Notes: generated by a model from the letters alone, not told the origin. A stretch of 63,688 nt of DNA, filler included, from Octopus bimaculoides (GCF_001194135.2; 4 parts of 3 records of this genome joined end to end with filler, not necessarily neighbours in it); one strand, 5' to 3'. Shown: positions 39,641 to 52,789, counted from the whole stretch's first letter. Program-made: numbers and translations.

Positions 39641-41097
39641 AAAGCGCTGAAATATTAGTACATCTATTTCAGCAACGCATTATCAGAAAAATATTTTTAG
39701 CGCATTAAAGCATGTAATAGAGGGCCAACTTAGCATGCAGGACCCGGGGGGATTTTATGAGACATTTTGGGAGGGTGTGTCTTATGTCTTGAAATCTTGT
39801 GGGGATATCATATATGTGAGTCCGTAATCTGAGTCTATGTCTACTAGCTTTTGTAGATACTTTTAGTGTTTTGGTTAGACACTTTAATTGTAGAACTTTT
39901 ATGTGCAAAGTAGATGAACGTTTTACGTTGTATGTGTTGTGATTGAATCCTTATGAGACTTTCGGAAGAAAACAATTTTATGGAGATATTGCAGGTCAGC
40001 TGTATGGTTTCTATGCTATTTGTGGATTATGCCTGAGTATATTATACTCAGGAAGAATGAATGATGGTATCTCCTGTATGTGAATGGATGTGTGCCTGAA
40101 TATGTCTGTATACGTGGTTAGATACACTAACAATTAAATCCTTATGACATAGAAAGAAGAGCTTTGGAGATGTGGCTGCACCTTGACCACCCAGACTTGA
40201 CAGAAGATACCCTCGTCAGAATATACCCCATACAAGAACTGAATGATGTTTGTACACCACAGACAGGCAAGGTAGCTACTAGTTTCTCGTGCAGGATGTG
40301 GTCGAACGCTTTGCTGACGTCATGCGCAACAACTTAGCTTTCGCAGAAATTGTGAAGGATGACAAAGAGAACAGTGGAAACTGCATTTGTGAGTAATGTG
40401 GCGGCAGCTTTTGAAGGTAATTTGATAATTACTTTTGCAGAGCGTAAATTACATATAAACATTATTGTTTTTGTTGTTTTTTAAAAAACTTTAGCATCAT
40501 GATTGAATTTAAAATTCCGAAGTATACAGTTCATGAAGCAATAAATGTCTGGCAAAGCTGACTACATACCACATAGCAATTCTCTAGTGTCAGTTTCATT
40601 AATATAACCGATAGCACTTTATTATTAATACTAGCTGGCCATGTACCGTCAAAAATGTGCGGCTAATCGTAGTATTTTATATATAGATAAAGAGAAAAAA
40701 TAGAATATGGATGGCAAATCAAATTAATACACTTGTCAATGTTATTTAGTGTTTGTCTTTTGAGATGTGACATCGATCATCGTTTGTTGTTAAAAGAACG
40801 CTGGTTCACATACCTTGTATACGCACACACATACACACATATACTCACACAGAGTTGGAACGCTGTTTGGTTTTCCTTTTCAGCGTTGAATGTTCACCAT
40901 CCCACTTCAATTGCACACACACACACACACACACAAACACGCATACAAACTTTTACATACTTACACATATATTCACACAGAGTTCCATCACCCCACTACC
41001 AAGTTTGCCATCACCCCTTCCTTCCTTATTCATCTATCACCCCTTCCTTTCTCATTCACATGTTGTGTCACAAGAGTATTATTATAGTAGATCCTTA

Positions 41098-41310
41098 AAA
41101 TGGGGGCGAGCTGGCAGAATCGTTAGCACCCCGGGCAAAATGCTTAGCGACATTTCGTCCGTTTTTAAGTTCTGAGTTCAAATTTCGCTGAGATTGACAT
41201 TGCCCTTCATCAATTCGTGGTCGATAAAATAAATACCACATGGACACTGGGGTCGATGTAATCGACTTAATCTCTCTTCCGAAATTGCTGGCCTTGTGCC
41301 AACGCTGGAA
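41098..41310 (+). mobile_element. SINE family 2
   Basis: Consensus match. Confidence 0.9.
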
Positions 41311-42470
41311 ATCATTATCAATATCCTTAAGAAACATTAAAACCCACATTTTGTCTTCTCTAAAATTCATAAACGTCGCCGCTTCCCTAAGAAAGTAACC
41401 GAAAAACTTCCAGTGCCTCTTAATTGAGTCAATACAAATGGATCGGAGCAAGCGATAGCCAGAAATAAATACACTGGCTAAAGCAGAAAAACATTATTAA
41501 AAAAACAAAAAGTATAATGCACTTTTGTGACGTCTTTTGTCATTTTACTAAGACAAATGACTCTTTTACAAGGCTAGCTGTTGTTGTTTGACCTAGGGTT
41601 TTGATTTTGACTTCTCCTTATAGTAATTTCACTATGTGGATATTATGTTAAATTTGAAGTTCTGGCATTTATGAAACATAAGATGCAAATAAGAAGGGTA
41701 GAATGGTATATGATAAAGAAGTTTTATCTTTGATATCTCAAGCGAATCCTGTTTCCTTCATATTTTGTATTAATAGCACATAACTTAGCATAGAATAACG
41801 CATATCAATATTTTCTATCTACATAGCTTCACTGGAACGATTATATCTTGTAACTAATAGGTTCGGAGAAAAGAAAAAGAAATATTTTTCACTGATGTAT
41901 AGAATATAAATTGGTCTTTCGTGGAGCGTAATTTTTTTATCTTCAACTTCTATCTTGTCATTCCCTCTTATAGATTACCACCGTAAATTTTAAATGCAAA
42001 ATTCTCGATTTTAACTCTATTGCAACTTAAACGGTGATAAATTAAAACTGTATACAAATACATACGTGTGTGTGTGTGTATGTGTGTACGTGTGTGTGTG
42101 TGTGTGTGTGTGAGCACGCGTGTGCATATGTACATGTATCTAAATATATAGACTCGTATTTAAAAGCACATTTATTTGTCAATCTCTGTCTACCTCTCTC
42201 TATCTTCCGCTTCCTCTTTCTTCTCCTCTCTCTCGCCCTCTCTCTCTCTCTTTCTCACTCATCCACTTTCTCTTTCTATCACTCATTCTCTCTCTCTCTC
42301 TCTCACTTATCCTTTCTCCCTATCACTCATCCTCTCTCTCTCTCTCTTTTTCACCCATCATTTCGCTTTCTCTCTATCACTCATTCACTTCTCTCTCTTT
42401 ATCTCTCTATCACACATCCACTTCCTCTCTTTCTCTATCACTCATCCACTTTCTCTCTCTTCCCTCTTAC

Positions 42471-42512
<42 letters not shown>

Positions 42513-43266
42513 ATTATATCAAGATGTATACACCATATACACATATGTATCTTTATATATACATTAACATACATCCATATGTATACTAATCAGTGCGTGC
42601 TTGTGTGAACACATTAGTATGCATGCACTGATATATGTGGGACTGCACATATACGTTTATATGTATATATGTTTACTAAGGAGCTTGTGTGTGTGTGAAT
42701 GAGTGTATGTATGCGTGTATGTGTGTGCATGTATATGCGTATGTGTATGAGTATGTGTGTGTGTATGTATGTGTGAAAGCGATATGAATATTCAATCAAA
42801 AAAGGCCATTTGAAGAATCTCTTAAATCATATAAAAGTTTTGGATAAAGCCAAGTCTAAAAAGATAAAAACTTAATACTTCTAAAATCTATGATGTGTTA
42901 TATATTGTTTGTTATGTATAGGTGTGGGTGGCTGTTTTATGATTGAGGTGGGTACGTAGGTAGCGTAGAGGGTAGGGTGGGGTCTTTAGCATATCTAGAC
43001 AATGATTTGTCTAGATTTATGGGGCATTGTCCTCAAGTTAGAATCGTGTTGCAGACGTCTCTATTCCCAGTCTTAAAATATCAAAGAACAATTTGTACCA
43101 GTAAGTCACAGTCTAATATATGCATGGGGCAAAGGAACATTGCCAGAAATGGTAACATAGATTTGTTTTGGTTGTAGCTCTCTGAATTAAGAACGTAATG
43201 GCGTTGGATTGGAGACTGTATATCCGGTTTTATGAATAGTTACTAAATATAAAAGACAGAAACGCT

Positions 43267-43389
<123 letters not shown>

Positions 43390-43555
43390 CATTTCTTTNN
43401 NNNNNNNNNNNNNNNNNNNNNNNNNNNNNNNNNNNNNNNNNNTTAATTAATTAANNNNNNNNNNNNNNNNNNNNNNNNNNNNNNNNNNNNNNNNNNNNTA
43501 TATATATATATATATATATCCCCAATTTAACCAATAATCATTCCTCACTTGATTT

Positions 43556-43735
43556 TTAATGACAGCCAGACTCAGGCTGCGGGAAACGGAACTCAGCAAT
43601 CGACTCTAATGCACTTAGACGCCTCATTCCATTTCTGAGATGCTCCTCCTCTTCTTGTGACTTTGCTTGTCTGTTGTGTTCTTTTAAATTTAAACAGATG
43701 TCACAGCCATCCTCGTATAAACAATTGCTCAGATT
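43556..43735 (-). CDS. NB-ARC-TPR gene terminal coding exon J (phase 0, stop TAA)
   Basis: Acceptor ttatacttgcag; NLSNCLYEDGCDICLNLKEHNRQAKSQEEEEHLRNGMRRLSALESIAEFRFPQPESGCH*. Confidence 0.8.
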   Translation of the reverse strand, partial: NLSNCLYEDGCDICLNLKEHNRQAKSQEEEEHLRNGMRRLSALESIAEFRFPQPESGCH

Positions 43736-43880
43736 CTGCAAGTATAATACAATAGAACATGTAGTATAGAACAATGGAACATGTAGTAATTTCAGTTTAA
43801 TATTTGAGAGATGAGGAATTATGTACATTATTTACATTATTTACATTTTACAGATATTTCTCCTCATCTTGATTGTTGTT

Positions 43881-43926
43881 AGCATAACGTTTCAGCTGAT
43901 GTACTCTCCAGCCTTCATCAGGTGTC
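43881..43926 (-). ncRNA. Minimal type-I hammerhead motif, same family as 29821, in the last intron of the host gene
   Basis: GACAC-CUGAUGA-A-GGCUG/loop/CAGCU-GAAA-CG-UU-AUGCU; core intact, stem I has 2 mismatches. Confidence 0.7.
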
Positions 43927-43954
43927 CTGGGAGAATTAGCAAACAAGCTTTCCC

Positions 43955-44270
43955 CATTCACTACACCAGCAGTGCGCTTTCGAGACGCACGCTTAAGTTC
44001 TTCATGCCGAATACGTGCTCTCTCAAAAGTGTCGAACCCCTCCTTTAATCTGCTTCCTCCATCTGTGGCGATGACAGGCATTGCTCTCCCAGTCAGTCTC
44101 CTGCATATCACAGGCCTTTAATAAGGACTTGACACAGTCCTTAAATTGCAGCCTTGGTTTCTGCCGAGGTCTCTTTCCATTCACAAGTTCCCCATATAGC
44201 ATCTGCTTAGGAATCCTGCTATCTTTCATTCTAATAGGGTTTCCAGTCCAATGTAACCAGTTCTTGTACA
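43955..44270 (-). mobile_element. RTE (BovB-like) LINE 3' end
   Basis: WTGNPIRMKDSRIPKQMLYGELVNGKRPRQKPRLQFKDCVK...WRKQIKGGV. Confidence 0.9.
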
Positions 44271-44465
44271 TACAAGCATATACACACATGCATACACTCA
44301 TAGATACATACATACACATCTCAGGGGGAACTTTCTAGGTGCAATCCCATGGTCATTATAGATAGGTATATAATAATAAGATTAAGTAAGACCCTGATAC
44401 TTAATTACATACGTTTATACATATATTTATATATACATATATACACACATATTATGCATATATAC

Positions 44466-44533
<68 letters not shown>

Positions 44534-44840
44534 CAAAATTAATTTACGAAGGTGTCATTAATTCTATTATTATCCAATGTAACTATTTTAAGAATAATAA
44601 TAGCAGAATCAATGACACAGGCGACACCAGAGTATTTTGGACGATTTAATAGCGAATTTTGATTGTTATTTCAAGCAGGTAGACATGCTTAGTATGTCCT
44701 ATGCAAATATACATATTTGCATACACACACACACATATATTATATATATCCATACACATGCTTACATGATAATGGACAGACAAATAGACAGAGAAACAAA
44801 AGGGCTTAACAAAAAATTGTAATTTGTTACAAACACTGAC

Positions 44841-45075
44841 CTCCAGGTGGTTCTTGACTGTGGTTTTGCGGGAATTGTCGCAGGGATGGTTTAATTCTTC
44901 CAAATTCTTGCCGCACTCTTCGAATTTCTTTTTGGCTAAGTATTTTTGCTCATTAATCAGGTAACTATGTGCCAGCCATTCCTGGATATCCACCAAGATA
45001 TAATGAACCGAACCAGACTTTATCATATCATGCTCTGCTTTCTCCAATATATCTATAGCTACTGATAAATTTCCA
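44841..45075 (-). CDS. NB-ARC-TPR gene exon I (phase 2-0), TPR-like
   Basis: Acceptor tttttattatttctag, donor gtcagt; GNLSVAIDILEKAEHDMIKSGSVHYILVDIQEWLAHSYLINEQKYLAKKKFEECGKNLEELNHPCDNSRKTTVKNHLE. Confidence 0.85.
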
Positions 45076-45456
45076 CTAGAAATAATAAAAAATAAAACAT
45101 GAAAACAATATATGTAAACCATTGCAGCGTGGAAGGTGTTTATAAGCCATTTAAGAAACACACAAAAACCGTTAGATTCACTTCAACATTTAAATTTAAT
45201 TTGCCAAAAATATCTCTGACTGAAAATATCATACATGCATGGGGTTACGATTCTATGCATCCAACAAAGTATTATCATTAAGCTGAAACTGTTGCTAAAG
45301 TAAAAACAAACGGAATGGTGAAACTGTTTTTTCGTTTTCTGAAAAAGCAACGTTTTGGACTTACAACCCTTTTGCATAATAGCAACGATTTGTTTCGAGT
45401 GGTTTTCAGTAAAAATATAACTGATATTTAACACTCAATACGTATTCATACATATG

Positions 45457-45555
<99 letters not shown>

Positions 45556-45960
45556 TAGAAAGAGAAAACTATGCATTATTGTCTAAGTAACCTTTCATGG
45601 GTGTCTAGAGGTAGAAAAATAACAGAATGCATGAAATACACACAAACCTAGGGTACACGGATTCATAAATCATTTAATTAAGGTTGTATTATATGTGTCT
45701 CAGTTATTAATTAATTATGGATGATTTGTAGGAAAATTTGTTGTAAAAAGAGAAAATTAATTGCAAAAACAAGAAAAGAAAATGTTTTCTCAAAATGGAA
45801 ACTTCATCAGTTTACCTACCAAAGTAATTTCTTTAAAATGAGTTTTCTAGTTTACAGTTTGTTTGTGTGACTCATTTATGGCGAAATTTCCGACAACAAA
45901 TTTTCCAATGGCAAAAATATTCACAGCAAATTTTCTGGACATGCTTAAACACACATTTCC

Positions 45961-46189
45961 TTAACCCTTTAACATCCAGATTACTTTGTCGAATGTCATG
46001 CTTATATTTTCACATTTTCTAAAATTAATCCTGTATTATCTTGTAGTTTTGAGATTTTGAAGAAGAGATTTTTTATTTTTTGAATGATATTGCAGGGTGA
46101 GTGCAAGAGGTTGGATCTGGCCAGTTTGACCATAAACGAGGTTGAATATGTGTGGGCTGGATATGCCCAGTTTAATGTTAAAGGGTGAA
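45961..46189. mobile_element. piggyBac-type MITE
   Basis: TTAA + perfect 11-bp TIR CCCTTTAACAT...ATGTTAAAGGG + TGAA. Confidence 0.75.
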
Positions 46190-46818
46190 AGAGACGTTAG
46201 TTAACAAAATTCTAAAGAAATACAAATTACCACACACACACACACACTCAGAGAGTTTATTTTTCCATAGCAAATCCCTATAAAGAAGAGATGTTTTCAC
46301 AAAACACCCCCATAAAAAATCTCATTCATTAGAAATATAGCCAATAGACATGGTTTTAATTACTTTTTCAAAAGATTGTTTTAAAGAAAAATCATTCAGT
46401 TAAAAAAAAGCCTTACACACCCATAAGAAAAGGGGGAAAAGAAACAAAAGTAAAGGAATAATAATAAAATGAAAGAAAAATAAAAGAAACAAACAAATAA
46501 AGAAATGCCCACTACCAACTTTGGAAGAAACTATAAGGAAATTAAAAAACCTCTTCCACTTATAATTGCAAGAAATACTAACACCACACCTCAAAAATAA
46601 CAAATAAAAATAAAATAAAATAAAATAAGGTATTCCAGTAGAATGAGGTACAATTGCAAGTAAAGGGTAAATTGGAAAAATAATAGCAATAATAGCAATA
46701 ATAATAACAAACCAATCATAAAATGAGAGAACATTAATAAGAAAAATTCTATAAATAAGTATAAGATGAATAAAAATATATGAAAATTAATTTATGACAT
46801 AAAATTAAGAATATATAT

Positions 46819-46855
<37 letters not shown>

Positions 46856-46865
46856 NNNNNNNNNN

Positions 46866-46899
<34 letters not shown>

Positions 46900-47279
46900 T
46901 AAAATACATATATCGATCATAGTAAGACGTAAATTCAAAGTAGTATTATTAGCATACTACAGTAATATGATAAAAATATAATATTTATGAAAGGATTCAT
47001 AAAATTATCAGAGAATATAAAGCACTGGTGTGATGAGATAAGAAATCAGGTGAATATCAATCACCTAGTAGCGGATATAGAACAATGAGAAATGAAAACA
47101 TAAAAACAAAGACAGAAGACGAACTTTTTTTTTAACAACGAAAAGAACAAACAGAGAAACAAGACAGGCAACATAAAGAATATTTCCCTTCTTCAGTTGT
47201 CCCTGTTCTATCTACTCCGCGTTTCGAAGGCAAGGACAATACGCGACTTCATTGGAACAGTCCTTCCCGCAAAGCAAAT

Positions 47280-47325
<46 letters not shown>

Positions 47326-47436
47326 CATATATATATGTATGTATGTAGTTGCAATTTACAGAAAAACAAAAGACGAAGACAGGTGTATGAACAACAAACA
47401 GGTGTATTAGTTTGACGCTCAGAAAAGTGAGAAAGT

Positions 47437-47472
47437 CTTTTACATTTCGAGCCTACGCTCTTTAACAGAAAG
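47437..47472 (-). ncRNA. Degenerate minimal type-I hammerhead motif
   Basis: CUUU-CUGUUAA-A-GAGC/GUAG/GCUC-GAAA-UG-UA-AAAG; stems I and II perfect, core mutated. Confidence 0.6.
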
Positions 47473-47607
47473 GAATAAGAGAAAATAAACAGAGAGAGAA
47501 TAAAAGAATGCTTTAGTGGCTATCGCTCGATCATGGTGGCTGATATATATATATACATGTATATATATATATATATGTATAACGTATATATAACACACAC
47601 CTACATA

Positions 47608-47673
<66 letters not shown>

Positions 47674-48065
47674 ACACATGTATTCAAGTATTTGGATTGT
47701 TATTGTACAATACATTGGTTTAATAACTTTTATTTACATAATAATTATTTAACACAAGTAAATTTCATAAGATTTTTTTCTAAAATGTTCTATTTGAATA
47801 TATTTGAATATATTTGAACATATTTGCAATTCCTTTTTTCTTTCTTTTACTCTCTCTTTCTCTCTTTCTCTCTCTCTCTTCAACCGGATGCACAATAGGG
47901 TCAAGTGAATTAATTAACACCACTCAACACCTTAATTAAGAAAACATCTGCAAAAGTCAACAGACATTCCAACACACAGGATGCAAAACGACATGCAAAA
48001 AGTTTGCTTTGCAGTCAGACATTTCATTGGCACAAAAAACTTGCAGAAGCAGAACAGCTACAGTA

Positions 48066-48109
<44 letters not shown>

Positions 48110-48849
48110 ATTAACAACTATACATAATCAAATTTCACTGACCAAGAGGTGCCCGGATGTAGTCTTCTTGGCCAATTCTGTTAGTTAAGCTGAAATTACT
48201 TCTGGGCTTCCATCTTGGAATAGATAGCAGAATAGATGAAGTTCGAAATGGAACTTTTGCATGAGATTGTATTCCTGAAGATTCCATCATCCTGGCTAAA
48301 AATTCATTCAGTATCAGACAACGTGTAAACTAATTTCTCTTTGTCCTCGAAAAGGAAGCAGTGCCTTTTCTGTACCCTCAAAATACCAATTTAGGGCAGC
48401 ATTTGCAGGTAACTGCACCAGTATTCTATACATGGAAAATGCAGTGTCTGCCTGATCTTTGGGATAGAGGCCCAGTTACAAGCAGGGATTGCATATAAAA
48501 CAGCTGTTCATTAGCTGGTGCCTCAGAACATGGAAAAGCACAGTTCAAATGGTTGAGCCAAAAGTATAGCAACTAATATTGATCTCTGGTTTCTTGTCAC
48601 CAATGAGAAGTAATATGAATTAGTGTGAAGGGCTGAAGTACTGAGAGAGGATATGTGTTCGGTAAGAGTAAGGACCCCCAAGATCATATGGTCTAGTGAG
48701 CCCACCGGTGCCATTCCAAATTGTGGTCTGTTGTGGGTGCTAAATGAAGGCTGTAAGACTATTGGTGCAGAGCAGAAGGCCCAGTATGTGCACATATGGC
48801 AGCAAAAATTCACTTGTGGGATCTCTACTTTAAGAGAATTTAGACCCAT

Positions 48850-48885
<36 letters not shown>

Positions 48886-49328
48886 AATGAAAGAAAGGAA
48901 ACCAAACGAAAAAGAAACAGGCTGCAGTTAGCAAGAGCCACTTCAACAGGTTGTGGCCTCAATACCATGATGAACTGTTGAAACCTCAGTTCCAGAACTC
49001 AACAAACAGTTGCTCCCACCTTCCAGCAAGACCTATCATCATGTTTTTACAGACAAATTACAAGTTGTTTTTTTGTTTTGTTTTTGTATAATGCAGTAAC
49101 GTCCTCTCAATGACAAACTGTAAATGAAAAATGCTAAATAACAAAACAGACAAAAATGAGTAAAAAAATATTATACATCAAGATGAAAGTTGCAAAAGAA
49201 AATATCATGATTTTTCTACAGGCTGCAACACAAGGAAAACTAATTCTAATAATTTGCACTGATGCAACAATAACAACAACAACAACCATGACAGCAGCAG
49301 CAGCAGCAGCAACAACAACAACGACAAC

Positions 49329-49551
49329 AATCCTTTCTACTATAGGCACAAGGCCTGAAATTTTTTTTTGTGGGGGGGGGGGACAAGTCGATTACATTGA
49401 CCGCAGTGTTTCACTGGTACTTAATTTATCAACCCTGAAAGGATGAAAGGCAAGGTCAACCTCGGCGGAATTTGAACTCAGAATGTAAAGTCAGACGAAA
49501 TACCACTAAGCATTTCACCCGGCGTGCTAACAATTCTGCCAGCTCACCTCC

Positions 49552-49553
<2 letters not shown>
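49329..49553 (-). mobile_element. SINE family 2
   Basis: Full reverse-complement copy. Confidence 0.9.
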
Positions 49554-49594
<41 letters not shown>

Positions 49595-49614
49595 TAGTGA
49601 CACTATAAATATAG

Positions 49615-49980
49615 TTGCCTTTCATCCTTTTCCTGGTCAATAAAATAAATACCAGCTGAATATTGGGCTTGATGTAAATGACTCTGCCCCACCCACCTGT
49701 ACCCCCAAATTTCCGGCCTAGTGCCAAGATTTAAAGCCAATCTTATGTATGGTGTTTACGGCAGTATGCTGCCATAGTTGTTGGCATTCCCAACCAAATG
49801 TTTAGCGGCATTTTGTCCGTCTTTAATTTCTGAGATCAAATTCCAATGAGGTCAACTTTGCTCCTCATCTTTACGGGGTTGATAAAAAATAAGTAACAAT
49901 TGAGTATCTAGGTCGATGTATCTGACCTACACCACCTCCACCTGAAATTGCTGGCATTGTGCCAAAATTTGAAGCCAATA
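49615..49980 (+). mobile_element. Two partial SINE family 2 copies
   Basis: 49615-49742 (3' half) and 49793-49980. Confidence 0.8.
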
Positions 49981-50226
49981 TTATGTTCTGATTATGGCCA
50001 CACTTAAACATGTTTCCTTTGAAACCTGTGTGTTTTTTTTTGTGTGCTACTTGCAGAGGTCACATGTTGTGAGACACATAGCATAAAAAAGCAATACATG
50101 TGAGTGTGTGTGTGTGTGTGTGTAAGCACATAGGTGGTGCAAAACAAGCTGGTAAAAATAGCAGTCAAATACCAAAACGTAGGGTGAAATACTTCTTTTA
50201 TTAAAGCCGAAAATATCTTCACAAAC

Positions 50227-50262
50227 TGTTACTCAGAGTTTTATGTGACCGTTCACCAGACA
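50227..50262 (-). ncRNA. Degenerate hammerhead motif, left member of an inverted pair
   Basis: UGU-CUGGUGA-ACG/GUCA/CAU-AAAA-CUCUGAG-UA-ACA. Confidence 0.55.
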
Positions 50263-50292
50263 CTTGTGATGTCACAACTGTTTTATCACAGC

Positions 50293-50328
50293 TGTTTGAT
50301 GAATAGTCATGTGAAACTCTGAGTAACA
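50293..50328 (+). ncRNA. Minimal hammerhead motif, right member of an inverted pair
   Basis: UGU-UUGAUGA-AUA/GUCA/UGU-GAAA-CUCUGAG-UA-ACA; all stems pair and the only core change is C3U. Confidence 0.65.
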
Positions 50329-50940
50329 TCATCATCATCATCATTTAACGTCCATCGTCCATGCTGGCATAGGTTGGATGGTTTGACCAGAGCTGATAAG
50401 CTGAGGGGCTGCACCAAACTCCAGTCTGATTTGGCATGGTTTCTATGACTGGATGTCTTTTCTAACATCAACCACTCCAAGAGTATAATGGGCACCTTTA
50501 CGTGCCACCAGCACAGGTGCCAGTTGCATGACACCAATATCTGCCATCACTACAATTTCACTTGGATTAATGGGTCTTCTTCTCAAGCACAGTATATTGC
50601 CGAAGGTCTCGGTTGTTTGTCATTGCCTCTGTGAGGCCCAACATTCAAAAGTTGCTTTTACATGCCACTAGTACAGGTGCCAGATACGTGACACTAGCAT
50701 CATCCACATTGCCTCCATGAGGCCCAACGCTTGACAGATGCGGTTCACATGCCACCAGCATGGGTGCCAGTTACCTTCATGGGGCCCAACACTCGAAGGA
50801 GCTTTTTACGTGCCACCAGCACTGGTGCCAGTTACTTGGGACCGGCATCGGCCACAACTATGATTTCACTTGGCTTGACAAGCCTTCCCAAACATGGCAT
50901 ATCGCCAATGGTCTTGGTCACTAGTGAGGTCCAATGTTCA
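50329..50940 (-). mobile_element. RTE-associated 3'-end repeat with (GAT)n tail and internal degenerate tandem units (another copy at 62150-62427)
   Basis: catcatcatcgtttaacgtccgctttccatgctagcatgggttggac shared; ttacgtgccaccagcac motif recurs about 4 times. Confidence 0.7.
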
Positions 50941-51229
50941 AAGCTCATGCTAAAAATTTGTGAAAAATATTTTTGGCTTTAATAAAATAGTAAAATAGAA
51001 CTCTGGCCGAAATAGGATTAATGCAATATAATGTAGTATAAAACTGAAGCAAATTAACACCAAATATACAGTGCGTGTGTTTTTATTGGCTAAACTGGCA
51101 ATATGACCATCCCCAAGTACAACAACATATATATATATGATGAGAAGATATATATATACATATATAGGGATGGCATTATTAAAATACCATCATGAGTGGC
51201 AAGTGAATTATCAGCCGTACAGGCAAATT

Positions 51230-51426
51230 AATAAAATATATACATACAATATTAGATATGTACATATATACACAAGGGCACTAGATGAGCGCCTACATCG
51301 CTAAAAATAGAAGTAAAAAATACTTCTGTACCACCGAATAGTCACAACTTCTATTTTAGCAATATAGACGCTCATGTAGTGCCGCTGTGTATATATGTAC
51401 ATATCTAATATTGTATGTATATATTT

Positions 51427-51430
<4 letters not shown>
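51230..51430. repeat. ~85-bp imperfect inverted repeat, 32-nt spacer
   Basis: 51230-51314 versus the reverse complement of 51347-51430. Confidence 0.9.
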
Positions 51431-51471
<41 letters not shown>

Positions 51472-51614
51472 GCATGTGCGTGATGTATAAAGAAAATACA
51501 AACAAGAACAGCGGAGCAAATATTAAAATTCCGAAGATGCTATTCAAGAGAGAATTCTGTTATTTCTAAGAAAAATGCTCAACATAATTGAAACGCCTTT
51601 GTCTTCATATTCGT

Positions 51615-52010
51615 GCAGGTGTGGCTATGTGGTAAGAAGTTGGGTTCCTAATGACTTGGTAATGGGTTCAGTCCCGTTGCATGACACTTGGGGCGAGTGT
51701 GTTCTATTCCAGTTCCAGATCAACCAAATTCTGGTGAGTGGATTCGGTAGAGGGAAACTGAAAGAAACCCATCATGTATGTTATGTGTGTGTGTGTGTGT
51801 GTGTGTTTGTCTCCCACTACCACCTGATAACCAGTGTTGGCATGTTTGTGTGCTTGTAACTTAGCAGTCTGGCAAAATAGACCAATAGAATAAATACCAG
51901 GTTTGAAAAAAACAAAACAAAAAGTACTATGGTTGATTCATTCGATTAAAAATTTTTCAAGGCGGTGCCCCAGCATAGCGACAGTCTAATGATTGAAACA
52001 AGTACAAAAT
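51615..52010 (+). mobile_element. tRNA-derived SINE family 1
   Basis: Diverged copy, antisense to the host gene. Confidence 0.85.
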
Positions 52011-52239
52011 AGAAGACAAAAGCCAAGTCATGTATGCAAAAAACAAAGATGCAATCTGAGGAACAAAAGTGACACAGAACACCCTGGAATGACCAAAGAG
52101 CCATGCGTTAGGTGCCCAACAAAATAGCACAGTTCTTACATCGTGGGTCGTAGTCAGAAAATGGTAAATACTAAACAGGCACCAGAAATTGTATAAAAAA
52201 TGTCAAACCAAGGTTATGGGTATTTTATGTTTTACATAC

Positions 52240-52294
52240 CGAAAATGCAGAACTGCACACAACTCAGTTAATGCAGAGGTGCAGAAGGAGGATC
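52240..52294 (-). CDS. NB-ARC-TPR gene exon H (phase 1-2)
   Basis: Acceptor tttcatgcag, donor gtatgt; SSFCTSALTELCAVLHF(R). A second AG lies 10 nt upstream. Confidence 0.75.
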
Positions 52295-52672
52295 CTGCAT
52301 GAAACTGTTGGAAACACAATGACAAAGATGATGATGGTGATGATGGTGATGTTTATGATAGTGAGAATGATTATGATGATGTTGATGATGAACAACAATG
52401 GTAATTTTATAGATTTTTGAGAAAATGGGAAATAATTTTGTAATTTGGAATAATGCTATTGAAGTACATTGTATGTAGCCAAAACATATAGCATGGAAGT
52501 AAAGTTGAAACCCCCTTTCCTTTCTTTTTTTTTGGTTTTTCTTGTGGGGGAAAAACCCTTTTTTGGAAAGAAAAATTTGAAGGCTGCTCAAGGGACTTTT
52601 TAACCCAATACTATGTTGATATTCTTTATAGCTGTATAATGCTGTGTGCTTCAAGAACATTATTCCCCCAAC

Positions 52673-52706
<34 letters not shown>

Positions 52707-52789
52707 CAATAATAATGATGATGATGATGATTATGATGATAACAATGATGATGATGATTATGATGATTATGATGATGATGATGATGATT

